Shown: in pieces, positions 48,198-58,813 of the stretch
Position numbering within the stretch: position 1 is the first letter of the stretch
How the letters are laid out: the number at the start of each line of letters is the position of its first letter
From: a candidate division FCPU426 bacterium
Lineage (GTDB): Bacteria; Oederibacteriota; PGYV01; Palsa-1178
Assembly (NCBI GenBank): GCA_963840035.1
Contig: CAWIXE010000001.1
Location: forward strand, 928,001-992,000
Reading direction: 5' to 3'
DNA length: 64,000 nt
The notes under the pieces: generated by a model
What the model saw: only the letters and a program-made list of their open reading frames with translations
What the model was told of the DNA's origin: nothing
Database searches by the model: none
Position numbers and translations under genes: made by a program

Positions 48198-50228
48198 ATG
48201 CAAAAAGCTGCTTTATACCTTCAAAAAGCCTTTGAAACGCTCATGCTTTTTACCCTTTTCTTCTGCGGGCTGGTGTTTTTTACCGGGGCTAACGACCCTT
48301 TCTGGGTCACTGAGAAATTTTTCATCTATTTTTCGACCGGACTGCTGTTTTTCGCTTTTTTTGCCCTTTGCATAGCCAGGGGTTCTTTTCCTTTCTTTAA
48401 AACTCCTTTTGACATGCCTTTTGCCCTGTTCCTGGCGGCAAACTTAATCGGCGTTATCGGCGTCATGAATATATACTCATTCGGGGCAAGGGTTTTTATT
48501 AATCTGTGTTACCTGGTTATTTTTTATCTTGTTGTGTATTACGGGACTCTTGCAAAAGAAAATATAAAAAAGGCCATGCTGGCAGTCATACTTGCCGGGT
48601 CTGTGATGGCTTTTTACGGGCTTATGCAGACCTCGGGCATGGACTTCATATCCTGGGGAAATACTTTCGCGGGCAGGGCGGCTTCCACGCTGGGCAACCC
48701 TAATTTCTTAGCCGGGCACGTGCTCCTTTTATCGCCGCTGGCGCTTGCCCTCTTTTTATCGTCTAAAAAACCGCTTGTTAAAACAGGCCTGTTTTTTGCC
48801 GCTGCAATAATGATAATCGCCCTTTTTGCCACCCAGACAAGGGGCGCTTACATCGGGTTCGTTGTGGCCGTCATAACGCTTGTATGGCTCTTCGTTTCAT
48901 TTGAAAAAGAAACCATAATAAAATACAAAAAGGCGGCAATAGCTGCGGCGGTCATACTGTTAGTCATATCGGGGCTTTATTTTATTTCAAATCCGCAGGC
49001 CATAAAAAGGGCAGGGGATATCCTGGCGCTGAAGGATGAGGCCGCGAACATCAGGGTGGCGTTGTGGAAAAACTCGCTTTACCTCATCAAGGACCATTTT
49101 GTAAAAGGATCCGGTGCGGGTAATTTCCCCGGGCTTTATTCTTTCTACCAGGCAAAGTCGCTTTCCCCGGAATATTTCAGGGACAGTTCATACTATAAGT
49201 CGGGACACGCGCATAATGATTTTATACAGTTCGCGGCAGAGTACGGCGTCATAGGCCTTGGCGCCATGCTGTGGTTCTTTATCCTGCTTTTTGATACGGC
49301 CCTGAAGTACCTGAAAAAACAGGAAGGCGACAGGGCCGCGGTGATCGGCATAATGGCCGGTTCGGCTGGCCTTCTGACGCATGCTTTTTTTAATTTCCCT
49401 TTCCAGATAGCCCCGACAGCCGCGGTATTCTTCGCGCTTGCCGCCGCTGCTGTTTCCGCGGAAGGCATGCCGGTGGAAACAGCCCCTAAGAAACGGATGA
49501 AATACATTTATGCATTCCTTGCCATTATCTTTGTCGCGGGATTTATTTTATCAGGCAGAGCCTTAAGCGCCGACGCTTACTTAAGGAAGGCGAAAGAAAG
49601 CGCCCACTTCGGAAGAACATACGAAACGGTCAATTACGCTTCAGAGGCCGCGGATTTAAACCCCTGGGACGACGAGCTTGTTTTCTATTACTCCCAGGCG
49701 CTTGTAAATAATAACAACCCTGAAAAGGCATTTGAAATGTCGAAGAAGGTATTTATGCTAAATCCCGGCCACTGGGAAAACCTCGAATACCTATTCTCGC
49801 AGTACACCGCAAAAAATGACAACAAAAACGTGCTTGATGTTTCATTTAACATGTACAGGATCTCACCGTACTCTGATAAGGCCATTATGGCCCGCGGTTA
49901 CGCGCTGTATCTGACAGCCGGCTATGACGAGGCTGTCGCGCTGTATGAAAAGGCTATGAAAATAAAGGGTGAGACAGCTTCGCTTTTAAGCCAGATATCG
50001 GCCATATACGGCGCAATGGGAAATGTATCCAGGACGCTTGAGTACGCGGCCAGGGCGCTGGAAAAGGACCCTGAATTCGCGGACGCTTATTACAACCAGG
50101 CGGTTGCGTATTACAGGATGAGGGACTATAAGTCCGCGGCAAAATCCTTAAGGTCGCTGCTGAAAATTTTGCCCGGCGATAAAAGGGCCGAAGGATTCCT
50201 GCAAAAGGTGCTTGAAGATGCAAAATAA
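48198..50228 (+). CDS. O-antigen ligase / O-oligosaccharyltransferase (Wzy_C)-like membrane protein with C-terminal TPRs
   Basis: STLGNPN, TQTRGAY, RVALW..GSGAGNF and HAHNDFIQFAAEYG motifs; TPR tail. Confidence 0.88.
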   Translation: MQKAALYLQKAFETLMLFTLFFCGLVFFTGANDPFWVTEKFFIYFSTGLLFFAFFALCIARGSFPFFKTPFDMPFALFLAANLIGVIGVMNIYSFGARVFINLCYLVIFYLVVYYGTLAKENIKKAMLAVILAGSVMAFYGLMQTSGMDFISWGNTFAGRAASTLGNPNFLAGHVLLLSPLALALFLSSKKPLVKTGLFFAAAIMIIALFATQTRGAYIGFVVAVITLVWLFVSFEKETIIKYKKAAIAAAVILLVISGLYFISNPQAIKRAGDILALKDEAANIRVALWKNSLYLIKDHFVKGSGAGNFPGLYSFYQAKSLSPEYFRDSSYYKSGHAHNDFIQFAAEYGVIGLGAMLWFFILLFDTALKYLKKQEGDRAAVIGIMAGSAGLLTHAFFNFPFQIAPTAAVFFALAAAAVSAEGMPVETAPKKRMKYIYAFLAIIFVAGFILSGRALSADAYLRKAKESAHFGRTYETVNYASEAADLNPWDDELVFYYSQALVNNNNPEKAFEMSKKVFMLNPGHWENLEYLFSQYTAKNDNKNVLDVSFNMYRISPYSDKAIMARGYALYLTAGYDEAVALYEKAMKIKGETASLLSQISAIYGAMGNVSRTLEYAARALEKDPEFADAYYNQAVAYYRMRDYKSAAKSLRSLLKILPGDKRAEGFLQKVLEDAK

Positions 50229-52434
50229 GGCAAAAGCCATAATTCCCGCGCTTCTTTTCCTGGCGGTATTTTTTGTGTATACGCGTACTTTAAACCCGGC
50301 TTTTCACGCTGACGATTCCCCGGAGACTATCGCGTGCTCTTATACGCTGGGCATTCAGCATCCGCCCGGATACCCGCTTCCAACGATAATCGGAAAAATA
50401 TTTTCCATGATTCCCGCCGGAGGCGCCGCGTTCAGGGCAAACCTTCAGGCCGCGGTTTTCGGGGCGCTGTTTATAGTTCTGTTTTACCTGATAATGGCCG
50501 ACACGCTTAAGTCAAAGGATGGCGATGAGAAAAAGTCCATATCCGCCGCGCTTATTGCCGCTTTAATGCTGGCCTTTTCATTTACCGTGTGGAACCAGTC
50601 CATGTCCGCCAAAGGCGGCATATACACCTTAAACGCCTGCATGCTCGCGGCTGTATACTATTCGCTTTTCCTCTGGGAGAGGACAAAACAGTATAAATAT
50701 TTTTATCTCGGGACATTTATATACGGGTTGTCGCTGGGCAACCACTGGGAATCCATGGGCGTGGCTTTTCCGGCGCTGCTGACGTTCATCATACTTGTAT
50801 TCATGAAGGACGGGTATTATAAGACCATCACGCCGCGCAGGTTCTTAACGGCGCTGGGGCTGGGATTCACGGCCGTCTTTATTTACGCGTACCTGGTGAT
50901 AAGGGCGCAGGCAGGCACATTTTTAAACTGGGGCGACCCGGTGGACTTAAAGCAGCTCCTGTGGGTGGTGACCAGGGCTGAGTATACCGCTTTAGAGCAG
51001 GCAAAGGACTTTACAATTGTTTTCAAGCAGGTATCCAGGATTGCGGGGCTTGTCTTAAGCGAGATAACGCTTCCGGGATTCCTGCTTTTCATAGCGGGCA
51101 TTTACGGCATGATAACCACAGGAAGGAAACAGCGCGTAATATCACTGGGCGTGCTTTTTATTACCGTCATTATAAGCCTCGCGTTTTATTTGAACCTTAA
51201 GGACGAAATGATGTGGATTATGGACGTATTCCTGATACCCGCGTATTTTGTTATGGCGGTTTTCGCGGGGGCCGGGGTATATGCCCTATTGCGGATTGCG
51301 GATCGCGGATTGCGGATTGAAAAAGAGACGTCTGACAGCCGTAGCGCTGATTCCACAATCCGAATTCCGCAATCTGCAATCCTAAAGGTTCTTCCACTGG
51401 CTGTGTGTGTCCTTGCCACGACCATCCCTGTTTTTCTTTTTGTCGCGAACTTTAAAAAGGCTGACCAGTCGCATTATTATTATTCTTACGACTTCGGGAT
51501 GAATATCATAAAATCCGTGGACGAGCCGGGCGCCATGGCCATGCTTGAAGGGGATTTTGCCGTGCTGCCTATGATGTATTTTAAGTATGTGGAGAAAAAA
51601 CTCCATTTCTGCCCTGTCACAACCATATTTCTATATGTGCCGTGGAGCGTTAAGAACCTTAACAATGAGTGCCCTGACGTAAAGATGACAGTGCCTGTGA
51701 CGGCATCCTTAACAGACAAGATACATGATATTATAAATTCAAATTACAAACAGAAGCCCATTTACACCTCGGTTTTCAGAAAAACCATGGAGGAATACTA
51801 CCCGCAGGCAGGGGCAGTGCTTTCGCCGTACGGGCTGCTGATGAAATTTTCATCAGATAAGGCAGGGGACTTAAAGCAGGCAATGCGGAAATTAAAGATC
51901 CTTTCCTACAGGAACCTTCTTGTTGACAGGCTATTTATGGACACTACTACAAGGCTGGGAATGTCTAATTATGCCAGCGTATACATGGAAACAGGCAATG
52001 CCTTATCCGCGGCAGGAAATTATTCGCTGGCGCTTAAGTATCTGCAGGCTGCCACGGCAATAGCCACACAGCAGACGCTTGGCTTAAGTTATGTGCACCT
52101 GGGTGTCTTAAAAACAAAAATGAAGGATTACACGGGCGCGGTAGAGCTTTACCTTAAGGCCATTAAGTCAAACCCGGAACTCATTGAGGCTTACACTAAC
52201 CTGGCAGGGCTTTATAACAACGAAAAAAAATACGACGAGGCACTCGCCCTTTGCGAGAGGGCAGTGAAGGTAAACCCCTCAAATTCCGAGGTTTATAACA
52301 ATATGGCCCTTGCATGGTATTATAAAGGGTCGCTTTCAAAAGCCGTGGAACTGCTGGAAAAAGCTGTGTCGTTAAACCCGAATAATGCCATTGCGGTCCA
52401 GAACCTGCAGATTTTAAAGGGGATGAAAAAATGA
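50218..52434 (+). CDS. DUF2723/TMEM260-like GT-C glycosyltransferase with TPRs
   Basis: DDSPE..LGIQHPPGYP, GLSLGNH and NWGDP motifs; C-terminal TPRs. Confidence 0.85.
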   Translation: MQNKAKAIIPALLFLAVFFVYTRTLNPAFHADDSPETIACSYTLGIQHPPGYPLPTIIGKIFSMIPAGGAAFRANLQAAVFGALFIVLFYLIMADTLKSKDGDEKKSISAALIAALMLAFSFTVWNQSMSAKGGIYTLNACMLAAVYYSLFLWERTKQYKYFYLGTFIYGLSLGNHWESMGVAFPALLTFIILVFMKDGYYKTITPRRFLTALGLGFTAVFIYAYLVIRAQAGTFLNWGDPVDLKQLLWVVTRAEYTALEQAKDFTIVFKQVSRIAGLVLSEITLPGFLLFIAGIYGMITTGRKQRVISLGVLFITVIISLAFYLNLKDEMMWIMDVFLIPAYFVMAVFAGAGVYALLRIADRGLRIEKETSDSRSADSTIRIPQSAILKVLPLAVCVLATTIPVFLFVANFKKADQSHYYYSYDFGMNIIKSVDEPGAMAMLEGDFAVLPMMYFKYVEKKLHFCPVTTIFLYVPWSVKNLNNECPDVKMTVPVTASLTDKIHDIINSNYKQKPIYTSVFRKTMEEYYPQAGAVLSPYGLLMKFSSDKAGDLKQAMRKLKILSYRNLLVDRLFMDTTTRLGMSNYASVYMETGNALSAAGNYSLALKYLQAATAIATQQTLGLSYVHLGVLKTKMKDYTGAVELYLKAIKSNPELIEAYTNLAGLYNNEKKYDEALALCERAVKVNPSNSEVYNNMALAWYYKGSLSKAVELLEKAVSLNPNNAIAVQNLQILKGMKK

Positions 52435-53582
52435 ACATACTCATAATATCTCCGGTACTGCCATACGGGCCCTCTGACGGGGACAGAATCAGGATATATA
52501 ACATCGCGAAGGAACTTAAAAAGAACGGACACAGGCTCTTTCTGGTATCGTTTATCAGAAAAGGCGAGGAATCATACCTGCCGCGGCTTAAACCGTTTTA
52601 TGATGCGGTTGAAACTGTAAAAATATCAAAATTAAAAATTTATTACAACGCCATGCTGTCGTTTTTCAGGATGATTCCTTTTAATACGGGTTCCTATGAG
52701 AGCAAGGCAATGGATAAGAAGGTAAGGGAAGCTGTAAAAAAATACGGCATAGAACATGTGTTTGCCTACAGGCTCAGGTCGGCGCAGTTCGCGGAAAACA
52801 TCGAACTGCCAAAGTCCATTGATTACGTGGATTCCCTAGCGCTTTACATGGAACGATCGCTTAAATATGAAAAAAACCCGGCATACCTGCTTTACTATAT
52901 CATGGACCGTAAAAAGGTGCTTTCCTGCGAAAGGAAAACAGCGGCCAAATTTGACAGCGTCTTTATAAACTCCGGAGAGGACAGGGACTACTTGAATTGC
53001 GCAAACATAATTGCGGCGCCGAACGGCGCGGATATAAAAAAAGTAAAGGCGCGTAAAAACAGCGTTTTCACCATCGGATTCTTCGGGAATATTAACTACA
53101 GGCCCAACATAGACGGCCTTACATGGTTTTTAAAAAACATATGGAAAAAACTTGTTGATTCTGATAAAAATATAAGGCTGGTTATAGCGGGCAGCGGCGG
53201 CGAAAAGGCGGCTCCGCTTATTGCCGGCACGCCGGCGGAAATAAAGGGTTTTATGGAGAACATAGACGCGGAGGCTGCTTCGTGGGATGTCAGCGTTGTT
53301 CCGGTCAGGTTCGGGGCGGGCAGGCAGAACAAGATACTGCAGTCCTGGGCAAACGGGGTGCCTGTGGTGGCCACGGCTTTCACCGCCAAAGGGGTGGAAG
53401 GGAAAGACGGATATAACCTGCTCGTGGCGGACACACAAGAGCAGTTCATAAGGCAGATACAAAGGATAAAAAAAGACAAGGCTCTGCGCGGCAGGCTGAT
53501 TAAAGGCGGGCTTGCAACGCTTAAAAAATATTTCAGCTGGGAAGAGACGGGGAAGATAATAGACAAGGCAATAAAAAAGTAG
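52431..53582 (+). CDS. Glycosyltransferase family 4
   Basis: PYGPSDGDRIR, PNG, FFGNINYRPNIDG and VVPVRFGAGRQNKILQSWANGVPVV motifs. Confidence 0.88.
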   Translation: MNILIISPVLPYGPSDGDRIRIYNIAKELKKNGHRLFLVSFIRKGEESYLPRLKPFYDAVETVKISKLKIYYNAMLSFFRMIPFNTGSYESKAMDKKVREAVKKYGIEHVFAYRLRSAQFAENIELPKSIDYVDSLALYMERSLKYEKNPAYLLYYIMDRKKVLSCERKTAAKFDSVFINSGEDRDYLNCANIIAAPNGADIKKVKARKNSVFTIGFFGNINYRPNIDGLTWFLKNIWKKLVDSDKNIRLVIAGSGGEKAAPLIAGTPAEIKGFMENIDAEAASWDVSVVPVRFGAGRQNKILQSWANGVPVVATAFTAKGVEGKDGYNLLVADTQEQFIRQIQRIKKDKALRGRLIKGGLATLKKYFSWEETGKIIDKAIKK

Positions 53583-53584
53583 GG

Positions 53585-53666
53585 CTGTGCGCGCCGCGGG
53601 ACTGATTTTTTTATGGATTGCGCAGTAGCGCAGGCCATAAAAAAATCAGTCCCGCAGCACGCACTT
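53585..53666. repeat. 82-nt hairpin element, copy 2
   Basis: Invariant core at 53613-53638; inner 26 nt of the arms are complementary. Confidence 0.92.
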
Positions 53667-53670
53667 TTGG

Positions 53671-53750
53671 AAGGACAGGGAAGGACAGGGAAGGACAGGG
53701 AAGGACAGGGAAGGACAGGGAAGGACAGGGAAGGACAGGGAAGGACAGGG
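53671..53750 (+). repeat. Decamer tandem repeat (AAGGACAGGG)x8 plus degenerate tail
   Basis: Eight perfect copies read directly from the sequence. Confidence 0.97.
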
Positions 53751-53839
53751 TAGGACGAGGATGATAAGGACAGAACAGGAACGGGATGTTGTTATATCCG
53801 TGTTTTAGAAAATAAAAAAGACGAGGAAGAGGATAAAAA

Positions 53840-54877
53840 ATGAAAAAAGCAATTATCATAGCGGCAATATCGGCGGTTTTATTTGCGTCTTGCTCGACGC
53901 TGAAAAAAGAAAAGATAGTCGAGGTTCCGAAAACTGTCAATGAGCAGACGCGGGTGGAAAAAGTGGCTAAGGAATCATATGACAACGGCGACTATTTGGA
54001 CGCCATAGGCAACTTAAAGGCGCTTTTAAAAAAGCACCCGAAAAATCCTGTTTACTGGGGGCAGCTCGGCAGCGCTTACGCGCAGTTAAACGAGTATAAT
54101 TACTCCATATTCGCATATCAGAATTCCATAAAATACGACCCGAAAAACGTCAAGGCCATGTATAACCTTTCCATTGTTTACGGGGAAAAGGGGAGTACGG
54201 CCGACGCCAAGCAGGTGCTGAAAAAAGCGCTCAAGATAGACCCGAAAAACCCGCTGCTGCAGGCGAGCCTTGGCAACATCATGATTGACGAGGAAAAATA
54301 TGACAAAGCCAAGGTGTTATACGAGAGGATCGTGGACGTGAAACCTGATTTTGACATCGGCCATTTTAACCTGGGGGTCATCAATTACCAGGAACGAAAC
54401 CTTGATGAAGCCAAGAAAAATTACGGCGACGTGCTTAAGATAAATCCGGACGACTACGAGGCCAAGGAAAACATAGCGGCCATTAACATACTGGATAATA
54501 ATTACGAAGAAGCCATAAAATATTTAAAGGAAGTAATAGACGCCAACCCGTCGGATGACATAACCCTCGAAAATGCTTATTACAACCTCGGGGTCGCCTA
54601 CCTGCGTATCAAGGAGTATAAAAAGTCCCTTGACGCCTTTGAGATGGCCATTTCCATAGAACCGTGGGACATGGCGGCTTATGTAAACGCGGCAATCCTC
54701 GCGGAGCAGCTGGGCGAAAAGGAAAAGGCAATCAAGTACTGGCAGAAATATAACAGGCTGCTCCCGGTCAATACCAGAAAGAAGGAAATGGCCAGGAGGC
54801 TTAAAAGCATGGGCGCCGGCACGGAAAAAGACAACCCGGCTGACACTACAAAAACAGCGGAACCGGCCGGCAAGTAG
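53840..54877 (+). CDS. TPR-repeat lipoprotein
   Basis: Lipobox FASC; multiple TPRs. Confidence 0.88.
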   Translation: MKKAIIIAAISAVLFASCSTLKKEKIVEVPKTVNEQTRVEKVAKESYDNGDYLDAIGNLKALLKKHPKNPVYWGQLGSAYAQLNEYNYSIFAYQNSIKYDPKNVKAMYNLSIVYGEKGSTADAKQVLKKALKIDPKNPLLQASLGNIMIDEEKYDKAKVLYERIVDVKPDFDIGHFNLGVINYQERNLDEAKKNYGDVLKINPDDYEAKENIAAINILDNNYEEAIKYLKEVIDANPSDDITLENAYYNLGVAYLRIKEYKKSLDAFEMAISIEPWDMAAYVNAAILAEQLGEKEKAIKYWQKYNRLLPVNTRKKEMARRLKSMGAGTEKDNPADTTKTAEPAGK

Positions 54878-54879
54878 CA

Positions 54880-55767
54880 TTGAAAAAAATTGCGCCCTGC
54901 ATTCTTTTTATGTTTCTTTCGGCAGTGTGTTTTGCCGCGACAGCCGATGAGCTGCTTCTCTCGGCGGAGAAAGCCATGTCCGCGGATAAACACGGGGAAG
55001 CCATTGAATATTTAAAGCAGGCTGAAAAAGCATCAAAGCCGGCCATGCTCATGACCATATATCTTGACCTCGGGGTATGTTACAGGAAGGCCGGGAATTA
55101 TGACATGGCAATTGCATATTATCAGAAAGCGGCTGTGCTCTCGCCAAAGATGGCGGATATTTATTATAACATCGGGCTTGCCCATTATTATAAAGGGGAT
55201 TACAGCAGGGCTGTTGTGGAATATCAAAAAGCTCTGGCGTTATCCCCGAAATATACAGAGGCTTTTGGCGCGGCTGCCATGGCTTACAGAGATATGGGCG
55301 ATACTGACAGGGCAATCAAGGTTATAAAGGAAGCGCTCAAGATTAATCCGTCGTATCCGGGCGGTTATAACATACTGGGCAACTGCTGCATGGATAAAGG
55401 CTGGAAACAGAAGGCCATATCCATGTACAAACGCGCCATAATTTTAAGGCCTGATTACACGTCGGCATTTTATAACCTGGGCGTGGCGTATGACGATGTG
55501 GAAGAATACACCAGCGCGATAGACGCGTATAAACAGGCGCTGAAACTCAACGCCAAAGACCCTGAGATTCATTACAACCTCGGGGTGTCCCTTATGCACC
55601 AGGGCGATTATGAAGCGGCGCAGGACTATTTCAAGCAGACTATAAAATTAGACAGCAATAACAGGAACGCGTATGAAAATCTCGTGATATGCTTAAAGAA
55701 CAGCGGCATGCCGAGGGAAGCCAGCCAGTGGGAGGAGATTAAAACCTCCAGATTCGGGGAGCAGTGA
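54880..55767 (+). CDS. Secreted TPR-repeat protein
   Basis: Signal peptide; canonical YNLG..Y..A..Y..AL..P repeats. Confidence 0.88.
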   Translation: MKKIAPCILFMFLSAVCFAATADELLLSAEKAMSADKHGEAIEYLKQAEKASKPAMLMTIYLDLGVCYRKAGNYDMAIAYYQKAAVLSPKMADIYYNIGLAHYYKGDYSRAVVEYQKALALSPKYTEAFGAAAMAYRDMGDTDRAIKVIKEALKINPSYPGGYNILGNCCMDKGWKQKAISMYKRAIILRPDYTSAFYNLGVAYDDVEEYTSAIDAYKQALKLNAKDPEIHYNLGVSLMHQGDYEAAQDYFKQTIKLDSNNRNAYENLVICLKNSGMPREASQWEEIKTSRFGEQ

Positions 55768-57677
55768 TGGACAGGGTGAAAAAGTATCTGATACTCGCGG
55801 TTTCTTTCGCGGCAATGGCAGTCCTGGAAGTTTACTATCCGTCGCCAAAATCAGGGCTGTATTACCTTCTAAATTCCGTTTTTTTTATTGTTGTGCTGGC
55901 CATTTACCTGGCATTCGGGGAAAGGGTGCTGCGCCTGATGAAATCGGGATTTACCGGGGCGTTAAGGTTTGGCGCGGGGCTTGCCATATCGCTCGGGTTT
56001 ACCGGCACAATTGTATTCTTAGCCGGTCTGGCGGGATTTTTTAATCCGCTGGTCATATTCGGGATACTCGTACTTATGATAATTTTCTCCTTTAAGGAAT
56101 TCAAAGCGCTGTATCTGGAGGCTGTGGATGCCATAAAGAAGCTGCAGACTGTTTCCGTGGATATTAAAAGCGCGGTATTTTATTTCCTGTCTGCGGCAGT
56201 GTTTTTATACCTCCTGCTGCTCTCCATGCTCCCGCCTGTTTATTACGACACCCTGGTATACCACCTCGCTGTCCCCGCGCAGTATTACGCGGCGGGAAGC
56301 GTCATAAACATGCCGGAAAATATTTATTCGTATTTTCCGTGCCTGATGGGGATGAATTACGCCGTATTCATGTGTTTTGCCGGGAATCTGGGGCCGGGGC
56401 TTCTCCAGTTTGTCCTGGCACTGCTCACGGCTTTAATAATAAAGGAACTTGCCGGGCCGTTGAACGCTTCCGGCAGGTGGGCGCTGCTGCTCATTATTAC
56501 TTTCCCTCTTTTTGTGCTTAACGCCGCGAGGGTGACGGCTGAAATGCCGCTGATGTTCTTTACCTCGCTTATGTTCCTGCTTTTCGAAAAGAAAAAAGAT
56601 GAATTTACGATACCGGACGCGGCAATAGCCGGCCTGGCAATGGGGGCGATGCTGGCGTCAAAATACACCGCGGTTATTATGTATGTGTTTGGCGTTTTAT
56701 ATGTCATGCGCCTGTTTATAATCAAAAAAACAGGGCTGCCGCAGGCTTTCATTGTCATGTTATTCCCGCTGCTGCTTCTGCTGCCTTATTCCATAAGGAA
56801 TTTAATGTTTACGGGAAACCCCCTCTACCCGTTCTTAACCGGGTTTTTCAATACGCCCGAAGTTTTAAAACAGGCGGCGCAGGCGTATGTGGGCCATGTG
56901 TCGGGTTTCGCCTTAAGCCATAATATCCTGAACCTTTTCGCGGCGCCGGTTTACCTTGTCTTTAAGCCATCGCTTTTTGGCGGGGATGTAGTATCGCCAT
57001 TATTCATCATAGGCATATTTGCCATGTTCCTTGCTGACTTTAAGCGCAGCCTTACGCTTATCCTCTTTTTTATTTTCTATTTTGTTGTGTGGTTCTTTAC
57101 AGGCGAGGTCCTGCGTTTCCTGCTTCCTGCCGCCATCGCCCTTGTGATAATCACAACCGCGGCAGCCGGGAGTTTCGGGAAAAAGACAAAAGCAGCCCTT
57201 TTAGGGTCGCTTGTTATAGTGCAGCTTTTTATGTCCATACAGATGGCGGAAAAACACCTGACGCCTTTCAAACTTTTTGACTCCACCAGGGAGGAGTATA
57301 TGGCAGGGACTCTCACATATTACGGAGGCACCCAAGCCATTAACAAGTTCCCCTCCGACGATAACAGGGCAGTGCTTTTCCTGGGCGAGGCAAGGACTTT
57401 TTTCACTGACAGGCGAGTCATAGCGTATACCGTATTTAACGATGATTTTCTCCTGAAAGATTTTACGCCGGCGTCAGCCGACGGGATCATAGCCAGGCTT
57501 AAAAGCCTGAATATCGGATATGTGATGATAAACTTTGACGAACTTGACAGGCTTAAAGACGGCGGTTTTGAGGAACAGTACAGGATAATCAAGGCAAAGG
57601 ATTTTGAAAATTTTATGGACAAATATTTTACGCGGATATATAGTGTAGACAAGCTTTTGCTTTTTAAGATGAACTAA
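55767..57677 (+). CDS. Multi-pass GT-C (ArnT/PMT-like) membrane glycosyltransferase
   Basis: PVYYDTLVYHL, ASKYT, RN..TGNPLYPF and LRFLLP motifs. Confidence 0.72.
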   Translation: MDRVKKYLILAVSFAAMAVLEVYYPSPKSGLYYLLNSVFFIVVLAIYLAFGERVLRLMKSGFTGALRFGAGLAISLGFTGTIVFLAGLAGFFNPLVIFGILVLMIIFSFKEFKALYLEAVDAIKKLQTVSVDIKSAVFYFLSAAVFLYLLLLSMLPPVYYDTLVYHLAVPAQYYAAGSVINMPENIYSYFPCLMGMNYAVFMCFAGNLGPGLLQFVLALLTALIIKELAGPLNASGRWALLLIITFPLFVLNAARVTAEMPLMFFTSLMFLLFEKKKDEFTIPDAAIAGLAMGAMLASKYTAVIMYVFGVLYVMRLFIIKKTGLPQAFIVMLFPLLLLLPYSIRNLMFTGNPLYPFLTGFFNTPEVLKQAAQAYVGHVSGFALSHNILNLFAAPVYLVFKPSLFGGDVVSPLFIIGIFAMFLADFKRSLTLILFFIFYFVVWFFTGEVLRFLLPAAIALVIITTAAAGSFGKKTKAALLGSLVIVQLFMSIQMAEKHLTPFKLFDSTREEYMAGTLTYYGGTQAINKFPSDDNRAVLFLGEARTFFTDRRVIAYTVFNDDFLLKDFTPASADGIIARLKSLNIGYVMINFDELDRLKDGGFEEQYRIIKAKDFENFMDKYFTRIYSVDKLLLFKMN

Positions 57678-57689
57678 ACGGAGGGCGTG

Positions 57690-58709
57690 ATGGCATATGC
57701 GGTAATTGGTATATCAGCTTTCATACTGGGGCTTGTTTTTACGCCGCTGGCCATGAAAGCGGCTTTTAAGCTCGGGGTACTTGACCACCCGGTGACGCAT
57801 TTAAAAGGGCATAAAAAGCCCATGCCTTACCTGGGCGGGGCGGCCATGTTCCTGGCGTTTATCATACCGGTGGTTGCCGCGAAGTTTGTTATGCACCAGC
57901 AGATATTTGGAGTTGTAGGTATTATTTCCGGCGCTTTCATAATGGTTGTATTGGGGCTAATTGACGACATAAAACCGCTCGGCCCCGTTGTAAAGCTTAT
58001 ATTCCAGCTCATCGTGGCGGCTATCATGATAAAGGTTAACGTTCATATAAAGTTCATGGATAATACCATTATCAACGCCGTGCTTACAGTTATCTGGATA
58101 GTCGGCATCACAAACGCCATGAATCTGCTGGATATCATGGACGGGCTGGCCGGGGGCGTGGCCGCTGTAGCCTCGCTTGCTTTTTTTATAGTGGCTGTAC
58201 TGGCAGGCAGGATAAATGACATGATACCGGCAATCGCGCTCTTCGGCGCTGTCACCGCCTTCCTTATATATAACAAGCCGCCCGCGAAGATATACATGGG
58301 GGATTCAGGCTCCCTTTTTCTGGGTTTCATGATGGCGTCGCTGGCCTTAAATGAAAGCTATTCCAGGGTAAATATTATAGCCGTGCTCAGCCCGATTCTC
58401 ATACTTTCCGCGCCTATTTTTGACACGCTTTTAGTCTCGGTTATCAGGATACAAAAAGGCATGCTCCCCATATACGGCTCCAACGACCACACCGCGCAGA
58501 GGCTGGTCATGATGGGGCTTACAAAACCCCAGGCCGTGCTTGTGATAGTTTCGGTTACCGCGCTTTTTTCCGCGATAGCGGTATGGTCCACTTTCCTGAA
58601 TTTTACAACCGCCCTGCTTTTATACCTCATCGTGGCCTTCGCGGCGGTAGTCGCGGCCATGTTCATAGGGAACGTGGATATGAAGGATTACCATAAGAGA
58701 AAACATTGA
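57690..58709 (+). CDS. MraY-family (WecA/TagO-like) polyprenyl-phosphate sugar-1-phosphate transferase
   Basis: PYLGG, GLIDD, TNAMNLLDIMDGLA and IYMGDSGS motifs. Confidence 0.92.
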   Translation: MAYAVIGISAFILGLVFTPLAMKAAFKLGVLDHPVTHLKGHKKPMPYLGGAAMFLAFIIPVVAAKFVMHQQIFGVVGIISGAFIMVVLGLIDDIKPLGPVVKLIFQLIVAAIMIKVNVHIKFMDNTIINAVLTVIWIVGITNAMNLLDIMDGLAGGVAAVASLAFFIVAVLAGRINDMIPAIALFGAVTAFLIYNKPPAKIYMGDSGSLFLGFMMASLALNESYSRVNIIAVLSPILILSAPIFDTLLVSVIRIQKGMLPIYGSNDHTAQRLVMMGLTKPQAVLVIVSVTALFSAIAVWSTFLNFTTALLLYLIVAFAAVVAAMFIGNVDMKDYHKRKH

Positions 58710-58800
58710 TTTTCTATTTTAAATTTTCAATTTTAAATTGTGGGACAAAAGATGCCGCCGTATGTTTTAGGTACAATTGAAAATTTAGAATTGAAAATTA
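58709..58800. repeat. Inverted AT-rich heptamer-repeat element
   Basis: ATTTTCT/ATTTTAA/ATTTTCA ... TGAAAAT/TTAGAAT/TGAAAAT. Confidence 0.6.
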
Positions 58801-58813
58801 TTTCGGAGGCTTC

